Assembly (NCBI GenBank): GCA_964016885.1
Contig: OZ024742.1
Location: 170,500,001 to 170,564,000, forward strand
DNA from: Eledone cirrhosa
Taxonomy: Eukaryota
Length of the DNA: 64,000 nt
Direction: 5' to 3'
Part shown: one piece after another, positions 27,546 through 41,976 of the stretch
Layout of the letters: every line of letters begins with the position of its first letter
How positions within the stretch are numbered: position 1 is the first letter of the stretch
Notes under the pieces: model-generated
What the model saw: only the letters and a program-made list of their open reading frames with translations
Databases searched by the model: none
Told to the model about the DNA's origin: nothing
Made by a program: the position numbers and the translations under genes

Positions 27546-28563
27546 AGTTCACAATAAAGGTATGTATGGCCCCTAAATGTTTCTGAATCCCACCATGTTA
27601 ATGTTTGCACTACATGTAAATAAGTGTGGACGCAACATGGCCAAATTGTTAAAAGGTTCTGTTACCAATCATTAGGTCTAGGGTTCGATCCACACAGTGG
27701 TATCTTGGGCAAATGTCCAAATATTATATCCTCGCTTTGTCCCAAGCCTCGTGATTGAAATTTCGCAGACGGAAACTGTTAGGAAGCCCATTGGATAAAC
27801 TGTACCTGTAATTCAAAAGGTCAACCTTATCACTCACTATGTCATGCTGAATCTCCCTGAGGATTAATTACGTTAAGAGTACACGTGTCAGTGGAATGCT
27901 CAGCCGTTCTCATAGGTAGGTTGTCTCGTTGATCGAAATCCTCGGTTCATCAATGTAAATAAGCTATCAACAAAAAGAGTTTATTTACAAAATCTATAAA
28001 GAAGATATCTTCGTTCATTCAGCATCCTATAGTAGGTAACCATCTATTGAAGATGGATAAATACATTGAAATTCGTATACACCGTTCTTACTGAGGTGGC
28101 TGCGATATAATTACAGCTTGAAATAAACAATGTATGTTTATATACATATGTATATTTATTATACATATATCTATTATATATATTGAATATGGGTCAATTT
28201 TCGCCTTCATTCTGTATGTAGGACTACGTTGTCCTTCTTTGTCTGTACGTTGGACTACTGTCCTTATCATTCTCTTTTGTTTTACTATTTCTCTCCTTTC
28301 TATATTTTTCTCTTTTGGCTAAGCATCATGCATTGCTCTCTCTCTCTCTTCTTTGTCAGTTGACGCACTTGGATTGCTTTTTCTTTCTTCTATATTTGTA
28401 TAATACATCTAAAGGCATAACTTGTCTCTAGCTGTTTTGTTATGTCCCAATGTTCACTGGAATGAACAGTATCAACCTTAATAAACCGAAACCGTAATGA
28501 TTTCCAGAGGTTGACTGAGGAGGTGGGCCTGTTCAGCTTGTTTTTTTCGATGCGCCCTCTATT

Positions 28564-28624
<61 letters not shown>

Positions 28625-28686
28625 AATACCAAACTTATACATATCTGTATACAGCTATGCTTGAAGGTAAATCCTATTCCCCCCCC

Positions 28687-28755
<69 letters not shown>

Positions 28756-28803
28756 GGATTTACCTTCAAGCATAGCTGTATACAGATATGTATAAGTTTG
28801 GTA
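28625..28803. repeat. Inverted repeat with (TC)n(TA)n(GA)n centre
   Basis: ATACCAAACTTATACATATCTGTATACAGCTATGCTTGAAGGTAAATCCTATT and its reverse complement. Confidence 0.85.
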
Positions 28804-28944
28804 TTTCCAAAGAAACACGGTATGTTTACAGGATAAACATTTAGGAAGCTATAGCTATGCAAACACCGGGGCTAACGCCCTCTGGTGGTGTCCAGCAGAA
28901 GCAAGGGGGACAGCCATCTATGCATTTCATACACACACACACAT

Positions 28945-29067
<123 letters not shown>

Positions 29068-29208
29068 CGTGTATTATTGACGGGCAGGCGAAAAAGTCCT
29101 CAATACCGAGTGAAGAGTTCAAAATATTCATTCAATATAGCTAAGTGGCGAGCTTTGTACCATGGTGAAACTCCAGAGACACAAGGTTCACCACGTAGCC
29201 ATATTAAA

Positions 29209-29245
<37 letters not shown>

Positions 29246-29254
29246 ATATATCTA

Positions 29255-29439
29255 GGGCGGGTAAAATTCCTGAGATCCATGGAGGAGTTCTCTCCAGCGG
29301 TCTATGTCCCTCATTACCGCTGCCATGTCCTGCGTCTCCAACAGACCAGTGTCTGTCCTTAGAGCGTCAACATATGTTAACCTCGGTCTTCCTCTTCCAG
29401 TGTGTCCATGCAGGGGATCACCGACATCCAGAGTTGACA

Positions 29440-29440
<1 letters not shown>
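29255..29440 (-). mobile_element. RTE-like LINE 3' fragment
   Basis: [23 protein letters not shown]...[11 protein letters not shown]. Confidence 0.7.
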
Positions 29441-29478
<38 letters not shown>

Positions 29479-29489
29479 GTATATATATG

Positions 29490-29629
<140 letters not shown>

Positions 29630-29777
29630 CATGCACAGAAAATGCAACCGATTTAACTGCGTATGGAGCTACCTATTAGAGATCACCGATTTTCACTTCA
29701 AAGTTTGTTTGTTGTTTATAGATAGGATACCAACATCGTAACGTCAAACTGGGTCTGCGATATATCACACTAAAGCT

Positions 29778-29857
<80 letters not shown>

Positions 29858-29905
29858 TACATATTCATATGTACTACATATATGTGTATGCATATATATA
29901 TATAT

Positions 29906-30090
29906 ATAGAAGTGGTTATACAACAGTTAGTTCACCATACCGTATAGCGGATCCTCAGCTGAGGATCCGCTAAGGTGAAACAATTGTTCTCGGTATGGTG
30001 AACTAACTGTTGTGTAGCCACTTCTACCTAACTCGTCCCATGGACTGAGTGCTCTACCACTACGGATATTACCTTCCAGTGTTCTACCAA
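29906..30090. mobile_element. Fold-back element with minimal HHR (family J, + 29959-29988)
   Basis: CTGAGGA t cc gctaa gg t GAAA caattg TT; fold-back centre TCCTCAG|CTGAGGA; arms 29906-29942 and 29991-30026. Confidence 0.7.
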
Positions 30091-30092
30091 TA

Positions 30093-30161
<69 letters not shown>

Positions 30162-30398
30162 GAAAGGTATAGAAAACATTGTAGCAAAAAGGCAACAGTA
30201 TTCCATAATATATAAGTGACTATAGCGTCAAAATGGTAAAAATAGTTAACGTAAGATGTGGGAAAAATAATTCAAACTCATCTCAAAGAGAATCAGGATA
30301 TAGATTCATCCACAGAATTTAGTGAAATTCAGGGAAAAATCAATAGAGCCTTAACTCATGATAAAATAAAGTTTAAAATACTCATCTTTCAATTTGGA

Positions 30399-30546
30399 AT
30401 ACATATATGTATAGTAGGTTTATATACATATATGTATATCATGTTTATATATGTATATGTATATTATGTTTGTATACGTACAATCAGGCATATCTAGGTT
30501 TGCATGTATATGTATGTATATGTGTGTATGTATATGTGTATGTGTA

Positions 30547-30591
<45 letters not shown>

Positions 30592-30721
30592 GTATATATA
30601 TATATACATATACATACACACATATACATACATATACATGCAAACCTAGATATGCCTTATATATGTGTATGTATATGTGTATGTGTATATGTGTGTATGT
30701 ATATATATATATATATGTATA

Positions 30722-30763
<42 letters not shown>

Positions 30764-30882
30764 CATACATATACATGCAAACCTAGATATGTCTTATTGT
30801 ACATATACAAACATAATATACATATACATATATAAACATGATATACATATATGTATATAAACCTACTATACATATATGTATT
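30399..30882. repeat. Large TA-rich inverted repeat
   Basis: ATAGTAGGTTTATATAC...ATATCTAGGTTTGCATG versus CATGCAAACCTAGATAT...GTATATAAACCTACTAT. Confidence 0.8.
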
Positions 30883-31066
30883 TAAACATAATATACAATT
30901 TGGAAGATGGGTCATGGTTTGGCTTAGCAAGAGTCACGAGTGCAGGTCGTTATTCGGTTTAGGGTGTCTGCTACGTGTGGACTGATTAGATCAAGAACGG
31001 TCTTATTTACTTTTATAAATGTACATATACAAACATAGTATACATCTGTAAACACGTATGTAAACG

Positions 31067-31115
<49 letters not shown>

Positions 31116-31122
<7 letters not shown>

Positions 31123-31498
31123 ATACTTTGGGAGGGTCATGTTGCCAATAAGAAACACCCGCACCAGTTGCTTTCACTTCAATTTATTATATATTTATAA
31201 ATTTACAAATTTATAAATTTCTGGTTGGTTGGTTGGTTGGTTGGTTGGTTGGTTGGCGTAGGACAGAACAAAGGAGAGGCACAGAAAGAAAGAAAGGAAT
31301 CCCCAGTCACTGAAGACGTCACAGAGTGTGTGACGAAAGAACTATGACTATATATAAACAACTATCTGGTTATGGAACCAACCAACCAACCAGAAATTTA
31401 TAAATTTGTAAATTTATAAATATATAATAAATTGAAGTGAAAGCAACTGGTGCGTGTGTTTCTTATTGGCAACATGACCCTCCCAAAGTATAACAATA
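31116..31498. mobile_element. Inverted-repeat element with HHR (family G, + 31305-31349) in the spacer
   Basis: Arms 31116-31235 and 31376-31498; agtca CTGAAGA c gtcac agagtgt gtgac GAAA gaac TA tgact. Confidence 0.8.
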
Positions 31499-31553
31499 TC
31501 GGTTTCAACACACGTTTTCAGATAAAGAATCTTGCTAAACAAATTCAGAAACG

Positions 31554-31604
<51 letters not shown>

Positions 31605-31702
31605 TATTAAATTGTTAAACAATATTCGATGATTATGTCGAAGAATGATTTTTACAGTAGATTGGAAGCACTGAACGGGAAATAATTTTCAGGAGTTATT
31701 AA

Positions 31703-31997
31703 TATAAGTATTAATAAAATAGATGTTCTTTAGATCAATTACATTTTATTATACATATTTCGGATGTACAACAGTACGTCCTCATCAGACAAAATATAAT
31801 GATACATGACATACCCTGAGATGTTAAATGGTTAAGATTTAATCAAGGTAGTCTTGATTAAATCTTAAACATTTAACATCTCAGGGTATGTCATGTATCA
31901 TTATATTTTGTCTGATGAGGACGTACTGTTGTACATCCGAAATATGTATAATAAAATGTAATTGATCTAAAGAACATCTATTTTATTAATACTTATA
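31703..31997. mobile_element. ~143-bp-arm palindrome with two opposed family C HHRs (- 31743-31795, + 31905-31957)
   Basis: attttgt CTGATGA ggacgtac tgtt gtacatcc GAAA t atgt a TA ataaaat; centre ~31849. Confidence 0.85.
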
Positions 31998-32003
31998 TAT
32001 ATA

Positions 32004-32082
<79 letters not shown>

Positions 32083-32086
<4 letters not shown>

Positions 32087-32335
32087 GTACATACATACGC
32101 ACACACATGTATACATATGTATGTATTTATATATACGTATGTGTATATTAGGTTTATATATGTCTATGTCTATGTATACTATATATGTATACATTATATA
32201 TATATATATATATATATAGACGCACGTACATACATGCATACGCACACACACATATACATATGTATGTATTTATATATACGTATGTGTATATTAGGTTTAT
32301 ATATGTCTATGTCTATGTATACTATATATGTCTAC

Positions 32336-32386
<51 letters not shown>

Positions 32387-32759
32387 GTACATACATACAT
32401 ACGCACACACACATATACATATGTATGTATTTATATATACGTATGTGTATATTAGGTTTATATATGTATATGTCTATGTATACTATATATGTCTACATTA
32501 TATATATATATACACACACACGTACATACATACATACGCACACACACATATACATATGTATGTATTTATATATACGTATGTGTATATTAGGTTTATATAT
32601 GTATATGTCTATGTATACTATATATGTCTACATTATATATATATATACACACACGTACATACATACATACGCACACACACATATACATATGTATGTATTT
32701 ATATATACGTATGTGTATATTAGGTTTATATATGTATATGTCTATGTATACTATATATG

Positions 32760-32765
<6 letters not shown>
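32083..32765. repeat. ~135-bp TA/CA-rich tandem repeat, about 5 copies
   Basis: ATACGTATGTGTATATTAGGTTTATATATG recurs five times. Confidence 0.85.
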
Positions 32766-32815
<50 letters not shown>

Positions 32816-33358
32816 AACATCTAAACATATACATAGTATACATAGACATATATAAACATAGTGTACACATACATATATAGACATAGTATACACATACATA
32901 GTATTCATAGTATACATATACATATATAAACATACTAGAGCCAGCTAGACTGCTATTGTTTACCTTGTGTTCAGTTTATTTATGTTACATTACTAGAATC
33001 TCCATGCCATTGCTTCTGTCTTTCTCAATGCTGAATGCCTTGGGATGAAGATCTTAATTCAGAAGTGGAAAGGATCTTAGAATTAAAATAATCACGATAT
33101 AGGGCATGAAGATAAAACACAGTATCAATAATGATTGGAGCTGTGTGTATATAGAAGCCGTATCACTGTTCAGAATATTACACACTGAAAAAAAAAAAAA
33201 TTCTAACAAGACGAAACCACATTCTATGAAAAACATTATCGATTTAATAGCACAGTTCAAATAGAAGAATCTTCTCATACAACACACACCCTATACAATA
33301 AGCTCCTAATTTAAAAAAAAAACAACACAACTCATGAAAAAATAGTCTTTAAGATTAA

Positions 33359-33548
33359 TAATTGTTTCTACTTTAGGCACAAGGCCAGCAATTACCCAGT
33401 GCATTACTGGTACTTTATTTTATCGACCCCGTAAGGATGAAAGGCAAAGCTAACGTCGGCGGAATTTGAACTCAGAACATAAAGGGCCATGACTCTATGC
33501 TTCAAAGCATGGTGTCTGACGCTCTACCAATATTGTTAATCCGTCGCC
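33359..33548 (-). mobile_element. tRNA-derived SINE
   Basis: Reverse complement of the 4455 family. Confidence 0.85.
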
Positions 33549-33939
33549 AATAATAAGCACCTCATTTAATAAAAGAACACATCTGATGAAAAAAATAGTC
33601 TTTAAGATTAAAAATAGCCAACAAAATAACTCACATTGCACACACAATATACAACAGAAGAAATAGTAAAATAATACAAGAAACAACAAGCGAAACTCCA
33701 TAAGAAAACAAAACTGATACAGATCTAAACTGATACAGTTCTAAACTGATACAGAAATACGAACACACAATACTGCACACGCTTGAGGAACACAGGGGCA
33801 TAGAGATTGATGCAGTAAAAATTCACACGAATCTCTCGAATATGCAACAAAATAATACAGAAATATATTCTGAATTAGTTTCTGTATAAATATACTTAAA
33901 TCTGCTCCCATACAAACAAGTCTATTCGATCGATTTTTA

Positions 33940-35203
33940 AGTCTCTTATAGGTTTTCCTCTCGAAAAGCATCATCGTCTTGGAATTTGACATATGCTAGA
34001 AGTACAGACCGGCTTCCTCAAAAGGTTGACTCATCGAGCTGAAATGAAAAAGATCTTTCTCGAATATATCTGTGAAGCTGCTGTTCCACATCAATGGACA
34101 TCTCATCAATTCGTCGCCGTAGTATGTTATTTTTAAGTGGCATAAGCTAGACCACTGAGTCGTCAATGTGATGCATAACAGTTTGTAAAAACACAGAAAT
34201 GGCTGGTTTAATTAATTGCTCATCTATCGTATAGGGTTTCCCACACTTGGCAATCAATTTTGAAAGTTCGTAGCTCGCTATTAATGATTTATCCTACTTT
34301 TGGGCTACTTTAGAAAACAACATTGAGATAGTGTAGACTGGCAGCAAACTTTCTTTTGAAGATATTGGAAGTATGAAAGCGGCTTCGATAACTTGTCTCC
34401 AAGCTTCGCATTGAAGTGTTGTATGAGTCGCCCAGGCCTCATGGAGTCGTTGCTCAGTGTTTGATGACAGAAAAGACACATAAGCAATCGAGAATCATGA
34501 GGTGCCTCAATAAAACAGAATTTCAAATAATCGTCGCTATATTAGTGTACTTTCTTCTTATTTAATGCCATAGCTAAGATATTTGTCAGCAATCACATGT
34601 TAAATGTCCCCACTGTTATGGACGATCGTTATATGTGTGAAATGCCATGCGTTAATAATTGTTTCTACTTTTGGCACAAGGCCAGCAATTATCCCAGTGT
34701 ATTACTGGTACTTTATTTTATCGACCCCGTAAGGGTGAAAGGCAAAGTTAACCTCAGCGGGATTTGAACTCAGACCATACAGGGCTGCAAAACATGGCGT
34801 CCGACCCTCTACCGATACTGCTAATCCAGACACAATAGCAGTCGTCTAAGCAGGTCAGTTGATATTCATGCGCTGAAGCCACAGGTTGACGTTACATATT
34901 GGCCGGAAAATTTCCCGACGTTACAGTCAAGGTCTCGCATTGTAGTTGGATATGCAGACAGAAAGCATGCATACTCTCGTACGTCAGAAAGTTTCTTAGC
35001 ACTCACATGCGTGCAGGCAAAAATCAGATGTCTCGAAATCACGTTTTTCACGCAGTTCAACAAACTTTCTCCCTAAATTAAGAATACACCTTATTGTTTC
35101 AAATTCTCCATTAATTTCAAATGGCCACCCAAAATTTCATATCCGCCCCCTCCCCCACCGAATTTCCATATGACCACTAGGGGGCCCTAGTTGAGAAACA
35201 CTG
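33940..35203 (-). mobile_element. Degenerate hAT (Charlie/Buster, ZBED5-like) transposon 5' part with nested SINE at 34657-34828
   Basis: TIR CAGTGTTTCTCAAC (rc 35190-35203) next to CTCTAGAA; BED-finger ORF KFCFI...CLFCHQTLSNDSMRP.RL..H; downstream RRRIDEMS and FSFQLDEST. Confidence 0.8.
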
Positions 35204-36477
35204 CTCTAGAAGAAATTGGTTGTGTTCAGATCTGGAGAGGAGATACGCTCCGCCAGGTTTCAACAAACTCCCCAAGAAACGTCATATGTCACTCCAGCGT
35301 TCCTATGACTCTAGGAGTTACGTGTCAAAAATTTAGTTAAAGATAAAGTCTGTTCTAAGCTGAAGGCTCACCAGGCAGGTGCTTATCTCTGTTTGTTTTC
35401 TAGCGTTAAGCAGCTGAGAATAGAAGACTCTCCCTGGATAGGACGCCGGTCTATTGCAGGATTAACTTCCTTGCTACTGCTGGTACTCATTCTTAGTTGA
35501 GTATACTGTGGCAACGTGAAATAAAGTGTTTTGCTCAAGAACACAACGCAACAGCCTGTCCAGTAATCGAACCTATGACATTACGATGCAACGTCAAGCA
35601 TCCAGTCCCTTAGGTCATGCCCCTTCACGCTCGTGTAAAAAAAGGGGGTGGGTATTAATTGTTCACAATACTTTATATGGCACACATGTTACCTTTTGGT
35701 TATAATGTTGTGCTATTATCAGGGACGGCGCCTGAGTTTAGGAATGGAAGGGCGATCCGTCAGTTTCGACGATGTACGTTCCAGTAGATCAATCATCAGA
35801 ATATTCTGCTCGTGAAATTTACGTGTAAGTAGCTGATTATTCCATTGACATGTGTACCGGTAACGTAATTAATCCCCAGGGAGATTCGGCACAACACAGT
35901 GTTTGACAAGGCCGACTCATTGAATTACTGGTACAGTCCATTCGACAGGCTTTTAAATAGTTTCCGCCTATATAATTTCATTCAAAAGACATGGGTTGAC
36001 TTGAAACTATGGTAAATGACACTTGCCTGAAATGCCACGTTGTAGGATCAAACACGGAATCTAATGACTGTGAAACAAAGCTCTTAACCATTCGTTCACG
36101 TTGTGTGTATCCCTGGGTATTTAGCTTGAACTAATATATGCACTATATGCTCTCAAATAATATAATTTCTGTTTAACAAACTGTCGAACAGAGCTGTGGA
36201 GACTTATCACACTAATAAAATTACTAAGCCTGCATTTTCCACTAGATAGTCCATACTCACCCACGACCATCTCTACCGCTTTGGATACTTCTCCTATGCT
36301 GATACGTGGCAAAGATTTTTACTGCTTTGTTTATAGATCGCAAGGAATTATTGTATTTTTAATTTAATAACACAAATTTGATTCTTTAAGGTTCTGTAAT
36401 GTGCCTCTGTGAGGTGTACGCAATAGACGGCTGCTTAGTTGGTCTTCATGGTAGCACCAGTCTTTATTATTATTCTG

Positions 36478-36658
36478 TGGGTTGGCAGTATCAGTAGAGC
36501 GTCAGACACCATGCAACATAGAGTTATGGCCCTTTACGTTCTGAGTTCAAATCCCGCCGGGGATAATTTTGCCTTTCATCCTTACGGGGTCGATAATATG
36601 AAGCACCAGTAATGCGCTGAGGTATTTCCTGGCCTTGTACCAAAAGTAGAAACAATTT
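36478..36658 (+). mobile_element. tRNA-derived SINE
   Basis: Same family as 4455. Confidence 0.8.
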
Positions 36659-36726
36659 TTTCAACAGCTTTTATTTTTTTAATACGGATTATAGGAAAAA
36701 AATTCGTCTATTTGAATAATTGCTTA

Positions 36727-38163
36727 TCTTCTTCTTCTTCTTCTTCTTCTTCTTCTTCTTCTTCTTCTTCTTCTTCTTTTCCTTTTTCTTTTCCTTTTTC
36801 TTCTTTTTCTTTTTCTTCTTCTTCTTCTTCTTCTTCTTCTTCTTCTTCTTCTTCTTCTTCGTTTTCTTTTTCTTTTTCTTTTTCTTTTTCTTCTTTTTCT
36901 TTTTCTTTTTCTTTTTCTTCTTTTTCTTCTTTTTCTTCTTCTTCTTTTTCTTTTTCTTTTTCTTTTTCTTCTTTTTCTTTTTCTTTTTCTTTTTCTTCTT
37001 TTTCTTCTTCTTCTTTTTCTTCTTCTTCTTCTTCTTCTTCTTCTTCTTCTTCTTCTTCTTCTTCTTCTTCTTCTTCTTCTTCTTCTTTATCTTCTTCTTC
37101 TTCTTCTTCTTCTTCTTCTTCTTCTTCTTCTTCTTCTTCTTCTTTTTTTCTTTTTCTTTTTCCTTTTCTTTTTCTGGTTCTTTTTCTTTTTCTTCTTCTT
37201 CTTCTTCTTCTTCTTCTTCTTCTTCTTCTTCTTCTTCTTCTTCTTCTTCTTCTTCTTTTTTTTCTACTTTTTCTTTTCCTTTTTCTTTTTCTTTTTCTTT
37301 TTCTTTTTCTTCTTCTTCTTTTTCTTCTTCTTCTTCTTCTTCTTCTTCTTTTTCTTTTTCTTCTTTTTCTTTTCCTTTTTCTTCTTCTTCTTCTTCTTCT
37401 TCTTCTTCTTCTTCTTCTTCTTCTTCTTTTTCTTTTTTCTTCTTCTTCTTCTTCTTCTTCTTCTTCTTCTTCTTCTTCTTCTTCTTTTTTTTTCTTCTTC
37501 TTCTTCTTCTTCTTCTTCTTCTTCTTCTTCTTCTTCTTCTTCTTCTTCTTCTTCTTTTTCTTCTTTTTCTTTTTCTTTTTCTTCTCCTTCGTCTTCTTCT
37601 TCTTCTTCTTCTTCTTCTTCTTCTTCTTCTTCTTCTTCTTCTTCTTTTTCTTTTTCTTCTTTTTCTTTTCCTTCTTCTTCTTCTTCTTCTTCTTCTTCTT
37701 CTTCTTCTTCTTCTTCTTTTTCTTTTTCTTCTTCTTCTTCTTCTTCTTCTTCTTCTTCTTCTTCTTCTTTTTCTTTTTCTTCTTCTTTTTCTTCTTCTTC
37801 TTCTTCTTCTTCTTCTTCTTCTTCTTCTTCTTCTTCTTCTTCTTTTTCTTCTTCTTCTTTTCTTTTTCTTTTTCTTGTTCTTTTTCTTTTTCTTCTTCTT
37901 CTCCTTCTTCTTCTTCTTCTTCTTTTTCTTCTTTTTCTTTTTCTTTTTCTTTTTTCTTTTTCCTCTTTTTCTTTTTTTCTTTTTCTTTTTCTTCTTCTTC
38001 TTCTTCTTCTTCTTCTTCTTCTTCTTCTTCTTCTTCTTCTTCTTCTTCTTCTTTTTCTTTTCCTTTTTCTTCTTCTTCTTCTTCTTCTTCTTCTTCTTCT
38101 TCTTCTTCTTCTTCTTCTTCTTCTTCTTCTTCTTCTTCTTCTTCTTCTTCTTCTTCTTCTTCT
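36727..38163. repeat. ~1.44-kb (TTC/TTT)n polypyrimidine microsatellite
   Basis: Direct inspection. Confidence 0.97.
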
Positions 38164-39216
38164 AAAGTCACCAGGCCACCGAGAGTAATGGAGTCGTTGT
38201 TTAATAAGTTTAGTATCATGGAAAGCAAGCCTGGAAATAAATCTAATAGAGCCACAATTATAAGATTTCACCTTTAGTCTGTGTATTCATAATTATTACA
38301 TTTCTAGCTATCTATATGCAACATTATCAGAAATACCGCCCTCTGGGTGGTATTTCGACTGGCGTAAGCATGTGTGTGGGTGGCTGGGTGTTTGAGTGCA
38401 TATGTGTACACGTGTAATTTGTAATGTAGTCATTCAATGTATACAAATGTATGAAAAGAAGAAACTAATTTTGACGGGAAAACAATACGAACTGGCACTG
38501 ATATCTTTCGTCTTACAGTTTATTTAACTTAATTCTTCCTAATTGAAGCACATGGCCAGCAATTTTGAAGGGAAGGGGAAAAGTCGATTAAATAGACTCC
38601 AGTGCGTTACTGGAACTTTATTATATTGATCCCATAATGATGAAAGGCAAAGTTAACTCCGCCAGGATTTGAACACAGAACATAATGTGCCGGAACTGAG
38701 TTAAAATCCCACCGTGGTTAACCCCGCCTTTCATGCTTTTGAGGTTGATAAAAAAGGTACCAGTCCACACACAGGAACAAAACTCTACAGTCTTTCTTCA
38801 CTTTCTCGCTTCCTCTCTGTTCGTTGTCGTTTAGGACTTAACGTCCAAACAAACAATAAAATACTTTTATTAAGGTTTGTATATTCTCAATCACTTCAAC
38901 CTTCTCTTTAACTTCTTGTCTAATCGATATATTAGGTCACGTTGATATCTCTTCTTTTTAGTTGCAGCTCATAGATTAGTGGCAAATTTTCTCTTATCTG
39001 TAAACAGTCGTTAAGATTATCGTCTTGTCCTTTTCCATTTGTTAATGTCCCTTGCATACTAGAACCAGTTGTATCGCTCTTAAAACACTGAAATATCGTA
39101 TCTCTAGCGGTTGACTGATGAAATGGAACGTTTTGTATTCGTTTGTATTCGTTCATTTTCCTGTCTTCGCCCATTTTTTTTATCCGTTCGTATGTTTCAG
39201 CCACGTGTGACTCTTT

Positions 39217-39407
<191 letters not shown>

Positions 39408-39639
39408 TGACAGGTTTCTTCAGTTTTCGTCAACTAAATTTCATTCATAATTCGACTATGATAGCAGACGCTTGCACAAGGTGCCACGCTGTGGTGCCAT
39501 TCAGTAAACCAGAATCTCCGTGGTTACAAAGCGAATACTTTAACCAGACAGTCTTTAGTGTACCTGTGTAGTTGTATAACGCGAGTATTTTTGACCTTGC
39601 TTTTATTATCTAGTTTCAATAGAGACAACATACTTCTGG

Positions 39640-39795
39640 TGGTAAGTGTAAGCAGTGTAATTATAGAAAGCTTATTAATATGTTATTTATGGCCTACTTT
39701 ACTATGTGGGGCCGAAGCATGGATATTTAATAAAGTATTATCAAATTCACTACAAGTGTTTGACACTTGAGAATACAGAATACTTTTGAAAATAG
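39640..39795 (+). pseudogene. LINE RT C-terminal fragment
   Basis: CYLWPTLLCGAEAWIFNK...LQVFD resembles the Y..P.LLYG.E.W motif of RTE-type ORF2. Confidence 0.55.
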
Positions 39796-41123
39796 AAAAA
39801 AAAAAAAAAAAATCCGATCGTTAGATCGGATTAAGGAAACAATGCTTCCAATGCTTTTTCTATCGTTGATACTATCTCTCGGTTGAAACTCCTGATAGAA
39901 AAGGAAAAGAGCCGACCCTCAGATCGGACAAAGGGAATTATGTTTCTGTTGATCTTTCTATAGTTGATATTATCTCCCGGTCGCAACTCTTGACAGATGA
40001 AATTAGCTGATTGTCAGACTGTTCAAGGAAACAATGTTTCAAATGGTCTTTTCATAGCTGATATTATCTGCCGATCACAATTCTTGGCTGAAGAAAGGAG
40101 CCACTCGTCAGATCGGACAAAGGAAACAATGTTTCCGTTAGTATTTCCATTGTTGATACTATTTGTCAGTCACATCTTGCGGAAGAATGGAATCAATCAT
40201 CAGATTGAACCAAGGAAACAATGTTTCCGTTGGTCTTTCCATTGCTGATTTCTATCTTTTAGTCGCATTTCCTGGCAGAAGAAGTAATGTGAAATAAATT
40301 ATTTTGCTGAAAACTTGACCTTATGATTGCGAGTCCAACATTCTATCCATTAGGCTACTTAAACAAAACTCAAAACTAAATGATGAAGTTCGAATAGCAA
40401 CATAACTAAAAAAACTTCATTAGAAACCATCAAAGAGAGAACTCTAACATATTTTAGACCAGAGGTTGGGAACCAGAGGTTGGGACCGCATGTAGCCTTC
40501 TGAAACACAACTTTCGAAAGAAAATTTTAATGCTAGAGTATATAAGTTTTATATACTTATTTTATATTAATTTAGTGCCTGTGTTTTCAACTATCACACG
40601 CAGAAAAACTCACTTATATTTCTTTATTTACAGTTGAAATTATATTTCGTAAAATAATTGCTGTTTAGTGAGAATCTTTTTTTCAAAAGGTGGCATTGCT
40701 GGATATCAATAAATTCCTATGTGGCCTTCCAGCATAAAAATGTCTTCCACCTATATTTCAGGAAATTAATTAGAAAACAGCGGTTAGTAGAAGGTAAAAT
40801 GAATGGGAAATAAAGAGAAAACTGAGAATACTTTAGACAGATAACCCCAAGACCTAGACAGACATAAATTACAGTGAATATATAGAGACAGCACAAACAT
40901 GACAAAAATGGCGATCCATGATATTCAACCTGTTGAGAGTTGACAATGTCTGGTAATTCCATCCATCCATGGGCTATGAACTTCCAGGAGAGACGTAGAG
41001 GCATCGTAGTAATATACTGCATCTCTTGTGCATTTAAACCTACCGGTGCTGATCCCTTTCTAGGTTTTAACACAGTCGTTTTCCTCCAGAAAGAAAGAGA
41101 GAATGAGAGAAAAGTGAGTGAGT

Positions 41124-41204
<81 letters not shown>

Positions 41205-41333
41205 AGAATCAACACCAGTACAGGAATGGTACTTTATTTATCGGCCTCGAAAGGATGTAAGGTAAAATTCACAATTAATGCAAATCCTTTTATCTCAAGC
41301 AAACCTTAACTCATGCCATATTCTTATTTTTGA

Positions 41334-41401
<68 letters not shown>

Positions 41402-41530
41402 GTGTATAGTGGTAGCTATGGTGCTTCCGTAGGCGGTATGCCAAAATTAGCACTCAATATTCATCAGAGTAGAGTGTAGATATTATAAAGAAAACGAAAA
41501 ATCAGTGATGCATCTGGACTTAGTTTATTT

Positions 41531-41621
41531 CGTGTTACAAATGTTTCGCCGGCATGTAGCTCGAGTCATGGTCCTTGTATGGATCTGGCTGATTCTACTT
41601 CTGCGGGTTCTTTCAGACACG
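41531..41621 (-). ncRNA. Degenerate hammerhead-like motif (family N)
   Basis: rc: cgtgt CTGAAAGA ...ccggc GAAA catttg TA acacg; extra core base and weak stem II. Confidence 0.4.
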
Positions 41622-41976
41622 GGTGTTTCGTCCGGAGCAAATTTTATCAATGGGGTGTTATCATCAAAAAACACCCTAAAAAAACCCTATTTCTACTCTT
41701 GTCATGCCATTGGCTGTTTTTACTCCACGTCATCACAAGTTCTGGTCAGTATCTGCTGCCACACGGTTCATCAACCATTTTCCGTCCGACACATTTCAAT
41801 GGAGTCATGCTGGGTTCAGTACTTCACACGTCCGCTCACACTTCAGAGTAAGCACCCACACATACTAAAATACACACATAAATACACACACATGCAGACA
41901 CATACCTATCTATGCATACACACACGTACGAAATTTCATTTCCCACTCTTAGTACGGCTGTTACTTAAATATAAGT

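Noticed and set aside
27212-27610. Pro-rich / Gly-Cys-rich ORFs resembling structural proteins
   Set aside because: Explained by degenerate (GGT)n; no independent gene evidence
36708-38277. ORFs of 335-521 aa (poly-E/K, poly-S/F)
   Set aside because: Translations of the (TTC)n microsatellite
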